Numbered from the stretch's first letter, positions 30,483 to 40,090 are shown. The stretch: DNA of 64,000 nt from Candidatus Sulfomarinibacteraceae bacterium (GCA_963741385.1 CAVUHO010000003.1:435935-499934), one strand, 5' to 3'. Numbers and translations are program-made. Notes: generated from the letters alone by a model not told the origin.

Positions 30483-32287
30483 TGAGGCGGCTGGTTCTTC
30501 TCGGGATGGTCCTGGCGATGGCGATCGCGCCCGTCGTCGGAGCGAATCTTCTCAATACCTGGCAAGAGGTCCAGGAGAGTCTTGCCGCCGGAGACGTCGA
30601 CGCCGCTGAAAGGTCGATTCAAATCCTGCAGGACCAGGCTACGGAACTCGAGGTGTGGCGCATGCCCGCCTTCGCTGCGGCGCTCGTGTTCTGGGCCGAG
30701 TCCAATCCGGGGGCTCCTGGCGAAGCGATGGTGCGGGCCGCCCGTCAGCTGGATCCGGATTGCCCGTCCAGCTACTTTCTGGAGGCACGCTGGCATCGCG
30801 GGCGCGGAGCGACCATGGACGCGATCAAGTCGTACGCCGCCGGCTGGAAGGCCCTTTTTCTCTTCGAGCCGACGAGGCGTGTTGTGACGGCGATGTTCAT
30901 TTTGTGGACGACGTTTTCCGTGACGATCACGTTTCTGATCATGATGGTGGCGGTGACGTTGCGGCACCTGCGGGGAATGGCCCACGATGCGCGGGAACTC
31001 GGGGGAGTGCTTTTCCGGCCCGCCAACGCCTGGGTTTTCACCTTTGTGGTGTTGCTGCTACCGCTGTTTGCAGGCCTCGGTCCTCTGTGGTTGTTGGTCT
31101 ACCTGTTTTGTTCGAGTTGGATCTATCTGGGCATCCGGCTGCGGGTTTGGGCGGTGATCGCCTGTCTCACGTTGATCTTCCTGGTCCCGGTTCTGTCGTG
31201 GGTGCAGAATCGGCTGTTGCAGACGCCGACCCTGGCGGACCGGGTTTCGGTCATGCTGGACGAACGCGCGATCGACTACTCGACGCTGCGCGACGTCGTC
31301 GATCTCGAGCCGACTCTCGCCGAGATCTACTCGTACCACGTGATTCTCGGCGAACTTTTTCGCATGCACGGTGAGCCGGGCCTGGCCAAGATCCAGTTCC
31401 AGAAAGCCAGCGCTGCCGATCCCCGAGATGTGCGGGCATTGGTCATCGTCGCCAATCTCGCGCTCGAGGACGGCGACGCTCAGCGCGCTGTGCAACTTCT
31501 CAACTCGGCCCTGGAAATCGATGCCCAAAACGCCTACGTGTACCACAATCTTTCGTTGGCTCTCGACCTCAATCGGCGTTTCGAGGAGGGGGACGTGGCG
31601 CGGAACCGCGCTCGAGAATTCAAAGGCAGCAGCAGCGCGGAAAACGGGCTGAGGGGCCTTGACCCGAGAATTCGCTTTCCTCGTCTTGGCTCTGTCGACG
31701 TTGCACAGCTCGCGACCGTTCTCGACGTCCAGGAGGGCCCCGCCGGAGCAGAGGAACCACCGCCGATGCATCAGCCGCAACACCTGCTCGCGCCGTTGTC
31801 GTTGATTTTTGCGATAGGCATCGTGTTCGGGGCCGGCATGCTCGTCGTCCGCCACAGGTCGTTTGAGGCCGGCAAAGAGTGCTCCAAATGCGGAAAGGTG
31901 TACCGCCTCGAGACGGGATTCGGCGAGAGCTCGGTAATCTGTCCGCAGTGTGTTTCGGTCTTTCACAAACGTGATGTGGTTTCCATCGAACAGCAGACCA
32001 CCAAACTGCGAAGCATTCGAAGCTGGGAGCGCTTGACCATGCTGGGCCGGCGCCTGGGCGGTCTGCTGTTTCCGGGGAGCCCCTACTATCTCAGCGATCG
32101 GCTTTTTCGCGGCGTCCTCTTTTCGTTCGTGACCTGGTTCCTTCTCACAGGCGCTTTGGTTTGGATACCGCGCTTTCTGCCGATGATCGAACCCCTTGCG
32201 GACTTCAAGCAGATACAGATCGGGATGACCGTGCTCGCCGGGTTGATGGTGTTGCGCTCCGCCACCATGGCGTGGGACGGGAGGTGA
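30479..32287 (+). CDS. multi-pass membrane protein with TPR repeats and an internal CxxC...CxxC zinc ribbon
   Basis: Signal/TM at the N-terminus and about 5 central TM helices. TPR-like AEIYSYHVILGELFRMHGEPGLAKIQFQKASAADP.., and the zinc ribbon CSKCGKVYRL...ICPQCVSVF. The start GTGATG overlaps the upstream stop. Confidence 0.6.
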   Translation: MMRRLVLLGMVLAMAIAPVVGANLLNTWQEVQESLAAGDVDAAERSIQILQDQATELEVWRMPAFAAALVFWAESNPGAPGEAMVRAARQLDPDCPSSYFLEARWHRGRGATMDAIKSYAAGWKALFLFEPTRRVVTAMFILWTTFSVTITFLIMMVAVTLRHLRGMAHDARELGGVLFRPANAWVFTFVVLLLPLFAGLGPLWLLVYLFCSSWIYLGIRLRVWAVIACLTLIFLVPVLSWVQNRLLQTPTLADRVSVMLDERAIDYSTLRDVVDLEPTLAEIYSYHVILGELFRMHGEPGLAKIQFQKASAADPRDVRALVIVANLALEDGDAQRAVQLLNSALEIDAQNAYVYHNLSLALDLNRRFEEGDVARNRAREFKGSSSAENGLRGLDPRIRFPRLGSVDVAQLATVLDVQEGPAGAEEPPPMHQPQHLLAPLSLIFAIGIVFGAGMLVVRHRSFEAGKECSKCGKVYRLETGFGESSVICPQCVSVFHKRDVVSIEQQTTKLRSIRSWERLTMLGRRLGGLLFPGSPYYLSDRLFRGVLFSFVTWFLLTGALVWIPRFLPMIEPLADFKQIQIGMTVLAGLMVLRSATMAWDGR

Positions 32288-32288
32288 G

Positions 32289-33581
32289 ATGGCGCTTGAA
32301 GGAACGCTTCGCGACTTCTCATTCGCCGATATCCTGCAGCTGATCTCTCTGCAGAGAAAAACCGGCGTCCTGACTCTGCGCGCTGCCGAGAATCTGGTGA
32401 CAGTGTCGTTCCAGGACGGATGCATCGTCGGCGCCTCCACTCTGAACCAGCACACCGAGGACATGATCGGTCTCATCCTGTTGAAACGCGGCGAAGTATC
32501 CGAGGCGGAACTCGAGGGGGCTCTCCGCCGCCAGGAGGAAACGCTGCAACGCCTGGGGCGGATTCTGATCGACCACCACGTCGTTCCCGTCGAAACGGTG
32601 CGGATCGCATTACAGCAGCAGATCCTGCAGATCGTCTACCGGGTGTTCCGTTGGACTGACGGCGAGTACCACTTCTCGCAAGAGACCGACATCGATTACG
32701 ACCGCGACCTCTTACAGCCGATGGCCGCCGATTCCATCATCATGGAAGGCGCCCGCATGACCGACGAGTGGCCGTTTATCGATCAACGGATCCCGGATCG
32801 CAGTTTGATCTTCCGCAAGGACAACCCGTCGCAGCGGCTCGAGGTGGTTGATTCCGGCGGTGACTTCTTCAGTGATTCGGATTTCAGTTTCTCCGCCACC
32901 GACAATACTGCCGGGAGCGGTTCGCTGGGCGATCATCAGGTCACCGACAGTCAGATGCTGGTCTATCCCCTGGTCAACGGCACCAGTTCAGTCAGCGAGA
33001 TCATTCTCGAGAGCACGTTAATCGAGTTTGAAACGTGCAAGGCTCTCGCCGAGCTGTTGGAACGCGGTCTGATCCGGGAGGCCAGCCAGGAGGAGGTCGC
33101 CCGAGAGCTTCGGCGTGGGTTCACAATCACGACCCCGAGCCATTTCAGCCTCGCGTCACTGCCGTGGCTGGCGATCCCGTTCCTCATTCTGCTCGGCTTC
33201 TCGCTGACGGTCATTCCGCGCAATTCAATCAATCCCCTTTTCGACTTCCGGGCAGACGTCTGGAACCGGTGGGTAGGGCAGAGCCTTTCATGGATCGGTC
33301 TTGACAGGGTGGCGCGAGCGGCTGAGACCTACTACTACCTCGACGGAATCTACCCGGTGTCGGTGGACGAACTCGTGGTGGATTCGGACGACAGCGAGAT
33401 TACCGATCCCTGGGGTGTCCCGTACCGGCTGGTGACTCGCGGCAACAAGATTCTGGTGACTGGAGCGGATGCGAGCGGTCGCCCGATTGCAAACCTCATC
33501 CTGAGCCGGAGTCTGGCGTGGGAGGGGAGCATGGGTCGGGTCGAGAGGTCGCAGGGGCCTGGAGTGCAGCTGCTCGACTGA
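32289..33581 (+). CDS. DUF4388 (PATAN-like) protein with tandem MshEN-like motif, one TM helix and C-terminal GspG-like pseudopilin domain
   Basis: LEGTLRDFSFADILQLISLQRKTGVLTL...VSFQDGCIVGA (DUF4388). aa 59-111 fit two MshEN 24-mers. TM helix LPWLAIPFLILLGFSLTVI. YYYLDGIYPVSVDELV...DPWGVPYRL...VTGADASG is GspG-like. Confidence 0.7.
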   Translation: MALEGTLRDFSFADILQLISLQRKTGVLTLRAAENLVTVSFQDGCIVGASTLNQHTEDMIGLILLKRGEVSEAELEGALRRQEETLQRLGRILIDHHVVPVETVRIALQQQILQIVYRVFRWTDGEYHFSQETDIDYDRDLLQPMAADSIIMEGARMTDEWPFIDQRIPDRSLIFRKDNPSQRLEVVDSGGDFFSDSDFSFSATDNTAGSGSLGDHQVTDSQMLVYPLVNGTSSVSEIILESTLIEFETCKALAELLERGLIREASQEEVARELRRGFTITTPSHFSLASLPWLAIPFLILLGFSLTVIPRNSINPLFDFRADVWNRWVGQSLSWIGLDRVARAAETYYYLDGIYPVSVDELVVDSDDSEITDPWGVPYRLVTRGNKILVTGADASGRPIANLILSRSLAWEGSMGRVERSQGPGVQLLD

Positions 33582-33675
33582 GCGCTCACAGTCCTCGATC
33601 GATGCCCTCGATGCAGCGACGGGGGAATCGTCATTGCACTCACAGTTTCAGAGGGCCTTCCGGTCAATTTTAATA

Positions 33676-33705
33676 CTTGACAAAGATGTACTCAAGTCTT
33701 ACATT
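33676..33705 (+). promoter_or_regulatory. dnaK promoter TTGACA-N17-TACATT overlapped by HAIR-like operator CTTGACA-N7-ACTCAAG
   Basis: TTGACA at 33677-82 and TACATT at 33700-05. The inverted repeat is CTTGACA (33676-82) / ACTCAAG (33690-96), against the HAIR consensus CTTGAGT-N7-ACTCAAG. An hspR gene lies downstream of dnaK. Confidence 0.6.
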
Positions 33706-33740
33706 AGCATCTGGATCTGAAATATGAGGAGGATTCAAGC

Positions 33741-35666
33741 ATGTCTAAAGTCATTGGAATTGATCTCGGTACCACCAACTCGGTGGTGGCCGTCATGGAG
33801 GGTGGCAAGCCGGTCGTCATCCCCAACCAGGAAGGGAATCGCACGACTGCGTCGGTGATCGGCTTCGCGAACAACGGGGAGCGGCTGGTGGGCCAGGTGG
33901 CCAAACGGCAGGCCGTCACCAACCCCGAGAAGACGGTTTCATCGGTCAAACGGTTCATGGGTCGGCGTTTCGACGAGGTCCAGGGTGAGATCAAGACGAT
34001 CTCCTACCACGTCGTCAAAGGCGACAATGATACGGCTCGTATTGAAATCGAAGACAAGTTGTACTCACCACCCGAGATCTCGGCCATGATCCTGCAGAAG
34101 CTCAAGGCCGCGGCCGAAGACTATCTCGGCGGCAAGGTCGAAAAGGCCGTGATCACGGTCCCTGCCTATTTCAACGATGCACAACGTCAGGCGACGAAAG
34201 ACGCCGGGCAGATCGCCGGTCTCGAGGTCCTGCGACTGGTCAACGAACCCACCGCCGCCGCCCTCGCGTACGGACTCGACAAAAAGGACGACGAAACCAT
34301 CGCGGTTTTCGATTTTGGCGGCGGTACGTTCGACATCTCGATCCTCGATGTCGGCACCGGGGTGGTGGAGGTGAAATCCACCAACGGTGACACCCATCTC
34401 GGTGGCGACGATATCGACCAGCTCATCATCGGCTGGCTGGTGGACGAGTTCAAAAAGGATCAGGGCGTCGACCTTTCAAAGGACCGGATGGCGATCCAAC
34501 GCCTCAAGGAGGCGGCGGAGAAGGCGAAGATGGAGTTGTCCTCCACGATGGAGAGCGACATCAATCTGCCCTTCGTCACTGCTGATGCGTCTGGCCCCAA
34601 ACACCTCAACCTGAGGCTGTCCCGTTCGAAATTCGAGCAGATGATCGAACCTCTCGTGCAACGGACCCTGGACCCGTGCCGGCAGGCTCTCAAGGATGCC
34701 GGACTCGAAGCCAAGAACATCGACGAAGTGGTGCTGGTAGGTGGTTCGACCCGTATTCCGATGGTGCAGAAGCTGGTGAGCGACTTCTTCGGCAAGGAGC
34801 CCAACAAGGGCGTCAATCCCGATGAAGTGGTTGCGATCGGCGCCGCGGTTCAGGCCGGCGTGTTGGCTGGCGAGGTCACTGACGTGCTGTTGCTCGACGT
34901 GACGCCGTTGTCCCTCGGCGTGGAAACGCTGGGCGGCGTGGCCGACATCGTGATCGAGCGCAACACCACCATTCCGGTACGCAAATCCAAGGTCTACTCG
35001 ACCGCCGATGACAATCAGAACCAGGTGGAGATTCACGTCCTGCAGGGCGAACGCTCGATGGCGGCGGACAACCGGACGCTGGGACGTTTCCACCTGATCG
35101 GGATTCCTGCGGCGCCGCGTGGCGTTCCGCAGATCGAAGTCTCGTTTGACATCGATGCCAATGGCATCCTCCACGTTTCCGCCAAGGACCGGGGCACCGG
35201 CAAGGAACAGAAAATCCAGATCACCGCCTCGTCCGGCATTTCGGACGACGAGATCAAGAACATGGTCGATCAGGCCCAGGCACATGCCAGTGACGACGAG
35301 GAAAAGCGCAAGCAGATCGAGACCCGCAACAAGCTGGATAGCTTGATCTACTCGACCGAAAAACTGATCGCCGAAAACCGCGAAAAGCTCCCCGAGAAGG
35401 ACGCATCCTCCATTGACACTGCGCTGGAGGAGGCGAAGAAGGCTCTTGAAGAGGGCTCGATGACTGAAATGGAGTCGGCGTACGGTCGGCTGACGCAGGC
35501 CAGCCACCAGGTGGCGGCGGTGCTCTACCAGAGCGCCTCGGCCGACGGCGGCGCCGGGGTGCCCGACGCCGGCGCGGAACACGGTGGCGGCGGCGGATCG
35601 TCGGCGCAGGACGATGAGGTGATCGACGCCGAGTACGTGGATGTCGACGCCGAGAATCAGAACTGA
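33741..35666 (+). CDS. dnaK: molecular chaperone DnaK (Hsp70)
   Basis: [30 protein letters not shown]. 641 aa. GAGGAGG RBS. Confidence 0.98.
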   Translation: MSKVIGIDLGTTNSVVAVMEGGKPVVIPNQEGNRTTASVIGFANNGERLVGQVAKRQAVTNPEKTVSSVKRFMGRRFDEVQGEIKTISYHVVKGDNDTARIEIEDKLYSPPEISAMILQKLKAAAEDYLGGKVEKAVITVPAYFNDAQRQATKDAGQIAGLEVLRLVNEPTAAALAYGLDKKDDETIAVFDFGGGTFDISILDVGTGVVEVKSTNGDTHLGGDDIDQLIIGWLVDEFKKDQGVDLSKDRMAIQRLKEAAEKAKMELSSTMESDINLPFVTADASGPKHLNLRLSRSKFEQMIEPLVQRTLDPCRQALKDAGLEAKNIDEVVLVGGSTRIPMVQKLVSDFFGKEPNKGVNPDEVVAIGAAVQAGVLAGEVTDVLLLDVTPLSLGVETLGGVADIVIERNTTIPVRKSKVYSTADDNQNQVEIHVLQGERSMAADNRTLGRFHLIGIPAAPRGVPQIEVSFDIDANGILHVSAKDRGTGKEQKIQITASSGISDDEIKNMVDQAQAHASDDEEKRKQIETRNKLDSLIYSTEKLIAENREKLPEKDASSIDTALEEAKKALEEGSMTEMESAYGRLTQASHQVAAVLYQSASADGGAGVPDAGAEHGGGGGSSAQDDEVIDAEYVDVDAENQN

Positions 35667-35886
35667 CGGGAGCGGCGCGGATTCACGCAACCAGAGAGCG
35701 TCCGGTGGGGCGGCCCGGGAATGGGTCGCCCCGTACCGACCGCGGGCGAGGTGATAAAGTGAGGGCGGGAGATCCGCTGGCACAATTCACATGGCCCGTT
35801 GGCGCGGATACCTGTGCGGGGTGGCGGTTGTCAGCCCGCCCGGGATACCGGTCGGTGTCGGCTGCCGGAAGCGGAACGGAAAGACC

Positions 35887-36261
35887 ATGAAGGCGAAACC
35901 GAGATATCGCATGATCTCCTGGGTAGCAGAGAAATACCAGGTCCACCCTCAAACGTTGCGTCTGTGGGAACGCGAGGGTCTTCTGCAGCCGACCCGGTCG
36001 CGCGGAAATACGAGGCTGTATGACGAGGAGACCTGCGAACGGTTGGAAACGGTCATTGCATTGACCAGGGATCTGGGCGTCAATCTCGCCGGTGTCGACA
36101 TCATTCTCAACCTCAAGAGCCAGATCAACCGGCTGCAGCTCGAGAACGAAATGCTGACCAAGCTGATCCGTCGCACGATCCAGCAACATGGCGAGGTGCC
36201 GAGGTACCACTCGCTCGTCAAGGTGGAGTCGACGACTTTGCAGGTTGTGGAAGAGGAATGA
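35887..36261 (+). CDS. hspR: MerR-family heat-shock repressor HspR
   Basis: YRMISWVAEKYQVHPQTLRLWEREGLLQPTRSRGNTRLYDEETCERLETVIALTRDLGVNLAGVDIIL is the HspR-type MerR HTH. Located after dnaK. Start reset to ATG 35887. Confidence 0.8.
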   Translation: MKAKPRYRMISWVAEKYQVHPQTLRLWEREGLLQPTRSRGNTRLYDEETCERLETVIALTRDLGVNLAGVDIILNLKSQINRLQLENEMLTKLIRRTIQQHGEVPRYHSLVKVESTTLQVVEEE

Positions 36262-37124
36262 CCCGCCGCGGCGGATCGACTCCGGACGCCGAGGTGGCAA
36301 CTCTCCGCCGCTACCTCAAGGAGATCGGCCAATACCCGCCCATCGAACACGACCGGGAGATCGAACTCGCGCGCCGCATCCACGATGGTGACGAGGATGC
36401 GCTGCGCGACCTGGTTGAGGCCAACCTGAGATTTGTCGTGGCCTATGCCAAGCGGTACCGGAATCCCAACGTTTCCTTTCTCGATTTGATCCACGAGGGG
36501 AACCTCGGTCTGATCCAGGCGGCCAAGAAGTACGATCCCTCCCACGAGGGTCACGATGTCAAGTTCATCACCTACGCGGTGTGGTGGGTTCGCCAGGCCA
36601 TTCTGCATGCCCTTGCCGAGCACGCAGGGTCGTTCCGTCTGCCGCAAAAACAGGCCAACACTTTGTATCGTCTGGAACGGATCCGGTCGTTGCTCGGCGA
36701 ACGGTTCGGCAGGGCGCCTACCGAGAAGGAGCTGTCAGAAGAGGTCGGAATAACAGTCGACGATGTTCGCGTGCTGACGAGAGCTTCAAGAGGCTCGCTC
36801 TCGCTGAACGAACCCATCGCATCCGAAGGAGATTCAGAGCTCGGCGATCTGCTCGAGCAGACCGGGATCCCCGACACCGATGAGCTGTTGCTCAGGAAGA
36901 GCTTCTCACGTGCCATCGACGACGCACTGGCTGAATTGCCCGAACGGGAACGGCGGGTGCTCAACCTGCGCTTCGGTTTGACCGACGATCAGCCCAAGAC
37001 GCTGCGCGAGATCGGCGAGATCATGGAGTTGTCGAGGGAAAGGGTGCGACAGATCGAGAGCCGCGCCCTCAACAAGCTACGGCGCTCCCACATGAAACAC
37101 TCTCTGCAGGGCTTTCTCCGCTGA
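36258..37124 (+). CDS. sigma-70 family RNA polymerase sigma factor (RpoD-like, regions 1.2-4; alternative sigma)
   Basis: YLKEIGQYPPI, LVEANLRFVVAYAKRY, LIHEGNLGLIQAAKKYD, FITYAVWWVRQAI, TLREIGEIMELSRERVRQIESRAL. The ATG overlaps the hspR stop (ATGA). Confidence 0.9.
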   Translation: MTRRGGSTPDAEVATLRRYLKEIGQYPPIEHDREIELARRIHDGDEDALRDLVEANLRFVVAYAKRYRNPNVSFLDLIHEGNLGLIQAAKKYDPSHEGHDVKFITYAVWWVRQAILHALAEHAGSFRLPQKQANTLYRLERIRSLLGERFGRAPTEKELSEEVGITVDDVRVLTRASRGSLSLNEPIASEGDSELGDLLEQTGIPDTDELLLRKSFSRAIDDALAELPERERRVLNLRFGLTDDQPKTLREIGEIMELSRERVRQIESRALNKLRRSHMKHSLQGFLR

Positions 37125-37151
37125 TCGCTGGTTCTGCTCCTCCACGACGAA

Positions 37152-37808
37152 TCACGGGAGAACAACTTCGGGTGGGGATTTTTTCCCCGCGCCCTCGATC
37201 TCCGCCTCGTCATCGGGGATCTCTTCACCAGGGTCCTCTTCAGTTTCACTGAGGTCCCGCCGCGAGGGCGTCGATTTCCAAACCACCCGGGTGCCGGCGA
37301 GGACATCGTGCAGTGCGCGCCGGTCGTTCCTGAACAGGATCATGAGGTGCCCCCACTCGAATGTTATGGAGCTCACGCAGTACGCCGCGAGGCGGAGCAT
37401 GGCGCGAGTCGGACCGATGGGGCAGCGCTGCCGGTAGTCCACGATTCGAAGCCCCATCGCCCACTTGCCGGGCGTTGCGCCGAGCAACCCCCAGCCGACA
37501 ATGAAGTAGCACCACCACAGGGCGATCCAAAAACCGAGCACGCTGCTGGCGTGGCTGAGCCACTCGCGGTTGGATGCCGCCCGGGCGATGTCGTCGAAAC
37601 CGCCCCACAACGCGCTCCATTCGAAGGTCTGTTCGATGGGGATCGCGAGCAGCATGCAGAGGCCACAAAACACGGCCATGTCCAATAGCGTCGCGAAAAG
37701 GCGCCGGAGTGCGCCCGCCGGCCGCCAGCCTTCGTCGGCATACAGCGCCCTCGGTGCGAGACTCCCGGAGGATCCGCCGCCGGCCTGGCGTCGCGAATGA
37801 CGGTTCAC
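37152..37808 (-). CDS. RDD family membrane protein
   Basis: LRRLFATLLDMAVFCGL..., three TM helices, and RRALHDVLAGTRVV, typical of RDD. Confidence 0.75.
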   Translation of the reverse strand: MNRHSRRQAGGGSSGSLAPRALYADEGWRPAGALRRLFATLLDMAVFCGLCMLLAIPIEQTFEWSALWGGFDDIARAASNREWLSHASSVLGFWIALWWCYFIVGWGLLGATPGKWAMGLRIVDYRQRCPIGPTRAMLRLAAYCVSSITFEWGHLMILFRNDRRALHDVLAGTRVVWKSTPSRRDLSETEEDPGEEIPDDEAEIEGAGKKSPPEVVLP

Positions 37809-37820
37809 TACCGGCTCCGT

Positions 37821-39479
37821 TTATAAAGGCGTCAACCCACCGCACCGTTGATGGTCGAGCCACAGCCCGGAATAGGCATGGAGAAAGCGGAAGCGCGACC
37901 TGTAGACCTGCTCCAGCTTGTGGGTGTCGCCCCGAAACAACATGTCATCGACGAACCACTGAAAACGGTGGTCGGTGTCGCGCGCCCGCTCGAGGCTCTG
38001 CGCGGAGTTTTCCAGAACCGCCCAGAGGCGTTCAGCGTTTTCGTTCGTTTCGAGGTTGACGATCTCCTGAGCCTCCTCCTCCATTTTGATTCGTAGGGCG
38101 GCCGATGACAGGAAGAAACGAAGCAGCTCCCACTCGGCAGTCCCATTTTCGACGGTCTCCCCAGCGAGCGTTTGATAACTCTCCGCCTCCCAGGCTTCGA
38201 GCTTGAGGTTTTTGATTTCGGAGGCCTGGCTGATCTGAGATGGCAGGCGGTCCCAGACCACCAATTCGAGGGCGAACATGATCTTGTGCAGGGTCTCGTT
38301 GAGCAGCGGGTCCGGCGGCAGCAACTCTGTGATCGACATGCCCCTTCGGCGTTCGCCCTCGTCGATACCGTCATCCAGCAAATCCGGCGCCGAGCCGGCT
38401 CCTGACATCGTGATCGAGGCCCGGGGGGCGAGATCCGGAGGCGCCGTGAATGGATCAGTCTCCCGCGGCTTTTCTGCGACAGCGTTCGATCCCCTCGGTG
38501 CGGGGTCGAAACGGGCCAGCACAGCCTGCATGGCGCTTGTCATTTCGGTGATGTCATCTCTCTTGACGTTTTCCTTGCGGCGGCCTGACTCGTAACGGAT
38601 CCGGAAGTGGCGGAAGTCCTCGAGCTTTTGCTGAAGGTCGTCATTGGCGAGTTCGGGGTGATCTGTGAGGTAGCGTTCGATCTCGTAAATGCGGTTGGTT
38701 TTTTCGACGACATTTTTTTCTTCGGTTTCGAAGAGCTCCTTGAACCTGTTTTTGGCGGCGATGTTGGTGGTCGTGATTTCCACCATCAGTGCCGGGTGGA
38801 GGGCTGTTCGACCGAACCGCTGTTTGAGGCGCCGGTAACGGTCGTACACCTTGGATTCCACAAGAGCCATGTAACCGTCGATCTCCTGGAGCTCCTTGCG
38901 GATCGAGTGCACGGCTTCCACCAATGGCGACAGCTCTGCCGCCGGCAACTCCGGCAGGCTCGTGAATTCGCTCAGGTTCTGAAACGTTCTCGAGAGATCA
39001 TCCGGGTCCCGCGGTACGGCGCGCCCGTCGTCTGCCGGCGCCTCGGCGAGACGCGTCAACAGGATGTCGAGTTTGTCCAGGGTGTCCTGTTCGAAGTGCT
39101 TGTACAACAGGTAAAACTTGATCAGCGCGCAGAGGATTTTTTCATCCTGGCGTTTGATGTGATCGAAGAATTTCCGAAGCGCCGACGGGGCATACTCGCC
39201 CTCGATCCGGGCCAACTCACGATGGATCCGGTCGAGTTCGCGCTCCACCTGATCGAGTTCGGTCGAAGCTCGTGCGGTGCCCTCGAGACCGACGGTGTGG
39301 ACCAACTCTTGAAGGTGGCGGTGGAGCCCTTGAAAATCGTAGCTGTAGGGCATGGGACCTTCGCCCAGGTGCTTGAGAACGCCACTGAGAAACTGATAAA
39401 ACGTCCACAACGATCGGAAGCGGTCGGACAGTGTGGTATACCGAACACTCGCCGGTGCCGCCCCTGAGGTTTTCATCAA
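37821..39479 (-). CDS. hypothetical protein, 552 aa, largely helical/charged, no recognisable domain
   Basis: Long ORF with protein-like composition, 13 nt upstream of and co-directional with the RDD gene. I recognise no motifs. Confidence 0.6.
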   Translation of the reverse strand: MMKTSGAAPASVRYTTLSDRFRSLWTFYQFLSGVLKHLGEGPMPYSYDFQGLHRHLQELVHTVGLEGTARASTELDQVERELDRIHRELARIEGEYAPSALRKFFDHIKRQDEKILCALIKFYLLYKHFEQDTLDKLDILLTRLAEAPADDGRAVPRDPDDLSRTFQNLSEFTSLPELPAAELSPLVEAVHSIRKELQEIDGYMALVESKVYDRYRRLKQRFGRTALHPALMVEITTTNIAAKNRFKELFETEEKNVVEKTNRIYEIERYLTDHPELANDDLQQKLEDFRHFRIRYESGRRKENVKRDDITEMTSAMQAVLARFDPAPRGSNAVAEKPRETDPFTAPPDLAPRASITMSGAGSAPDLLDDGIDEGERRRGMSITELLPPDPLLNETLHKIMFALELVVWDRLPSQISQASEIKNLKLEAWEAESYQTLAGETVENGTAEWELLRFFLSSAALRIKMEEEAQEIVNLETNENAERLWAVLENSAQSLERARDTDHRFQWFVDDMLFRGDTHKLEQVYRSRFRFLHAYSGLWLDHQRCGGLTPL

Positions 39480-39528
39480 TTTTCAGGATACACCGTTCGC
39501 AGGTGCCGGACTATTCGGGAGGACGACG

Positions 39529-40047
39529 ATGCTCGGACAAGTTGTAGTGAGTCGGCACGCGATCGAGACCATGGTCGAGCGCCTCGCACGCGAGATCGAG
39601 GCGGACCTCGATGGTCGGGCGGCGGTGTTCGTCGGCGTGTTGAAGGGCTGTGTGTATTTCTTTACCGATCTCACGCGGCGGATCGACCGTCCCCTCGAGA
39701 TGGACTTCATTCAGGTTTCCAGCTATGGAGCGAGCACGACATCTTCCGGCTCGGTCGTCCTGGTCAAGGACATCACGGTCGACGTGCGCGATCGAGACGT
39801 GTACCTCGTCGAGGACATCGTCGACACCGGCACCACCCTCACCGACGTGATCCGCCTCATCGAGGCCAGACACCCGCGATCAATTCAGGTGGTCGCGCTG
39901 TTGTCCAAGCCGTCGCGGCGTCAGGTGGAGGTCGACGTAGCGTTTCTCGGCACCGAAATCGAGGACCTGTTTGTGGTGGGTTACGGTCTCGACTACGGCG
40001 AACGCTACCGCAACGTCCCGGACATCCGCGTGCTGGTAACGCCGTGA
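39529..40047 (+). CDS. hpt: hypoxanthine phosphoribosyltransferase
   Basis: VGVLKGCVYFFTDLTR, the PRPP loop VYLVEDIVDTGTTL, and VVGYGLDYGERYRN. ATG 39529 follows GGGAGGA. Confidence 0.92.
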   Translation: MLGQVVVSRHAIETMVERLAREIEADLDGRAAVFVGVLKGCVYFFTDLTRRIDRPLEMDFIQVSSYGASTTSSGSVVLVKDITVDVRDRDVYLVEDIVDTGTTLTDVIRLIEARHPRSIQVVALLSKPSRRQVEVDVAFLGTEIEDLFVVGYGLDYGERYRNVPDIRVLVTP

Positions 40048-40090
40048 CTCACCGACGAATCTCCAGATTGCGATTGTCGTGGCCGGACGC

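Noticed and set aside
33600-33740. CIRCE (TTAGCACTC-N9-GAGTGCTAA) or sigma32-type promoter upstream of dnaK
   Set aside because: Only TTAGCATCTGG is present and there is no matching inverted half. The HAIR-like repeat and the downstream hspR explain the region better.
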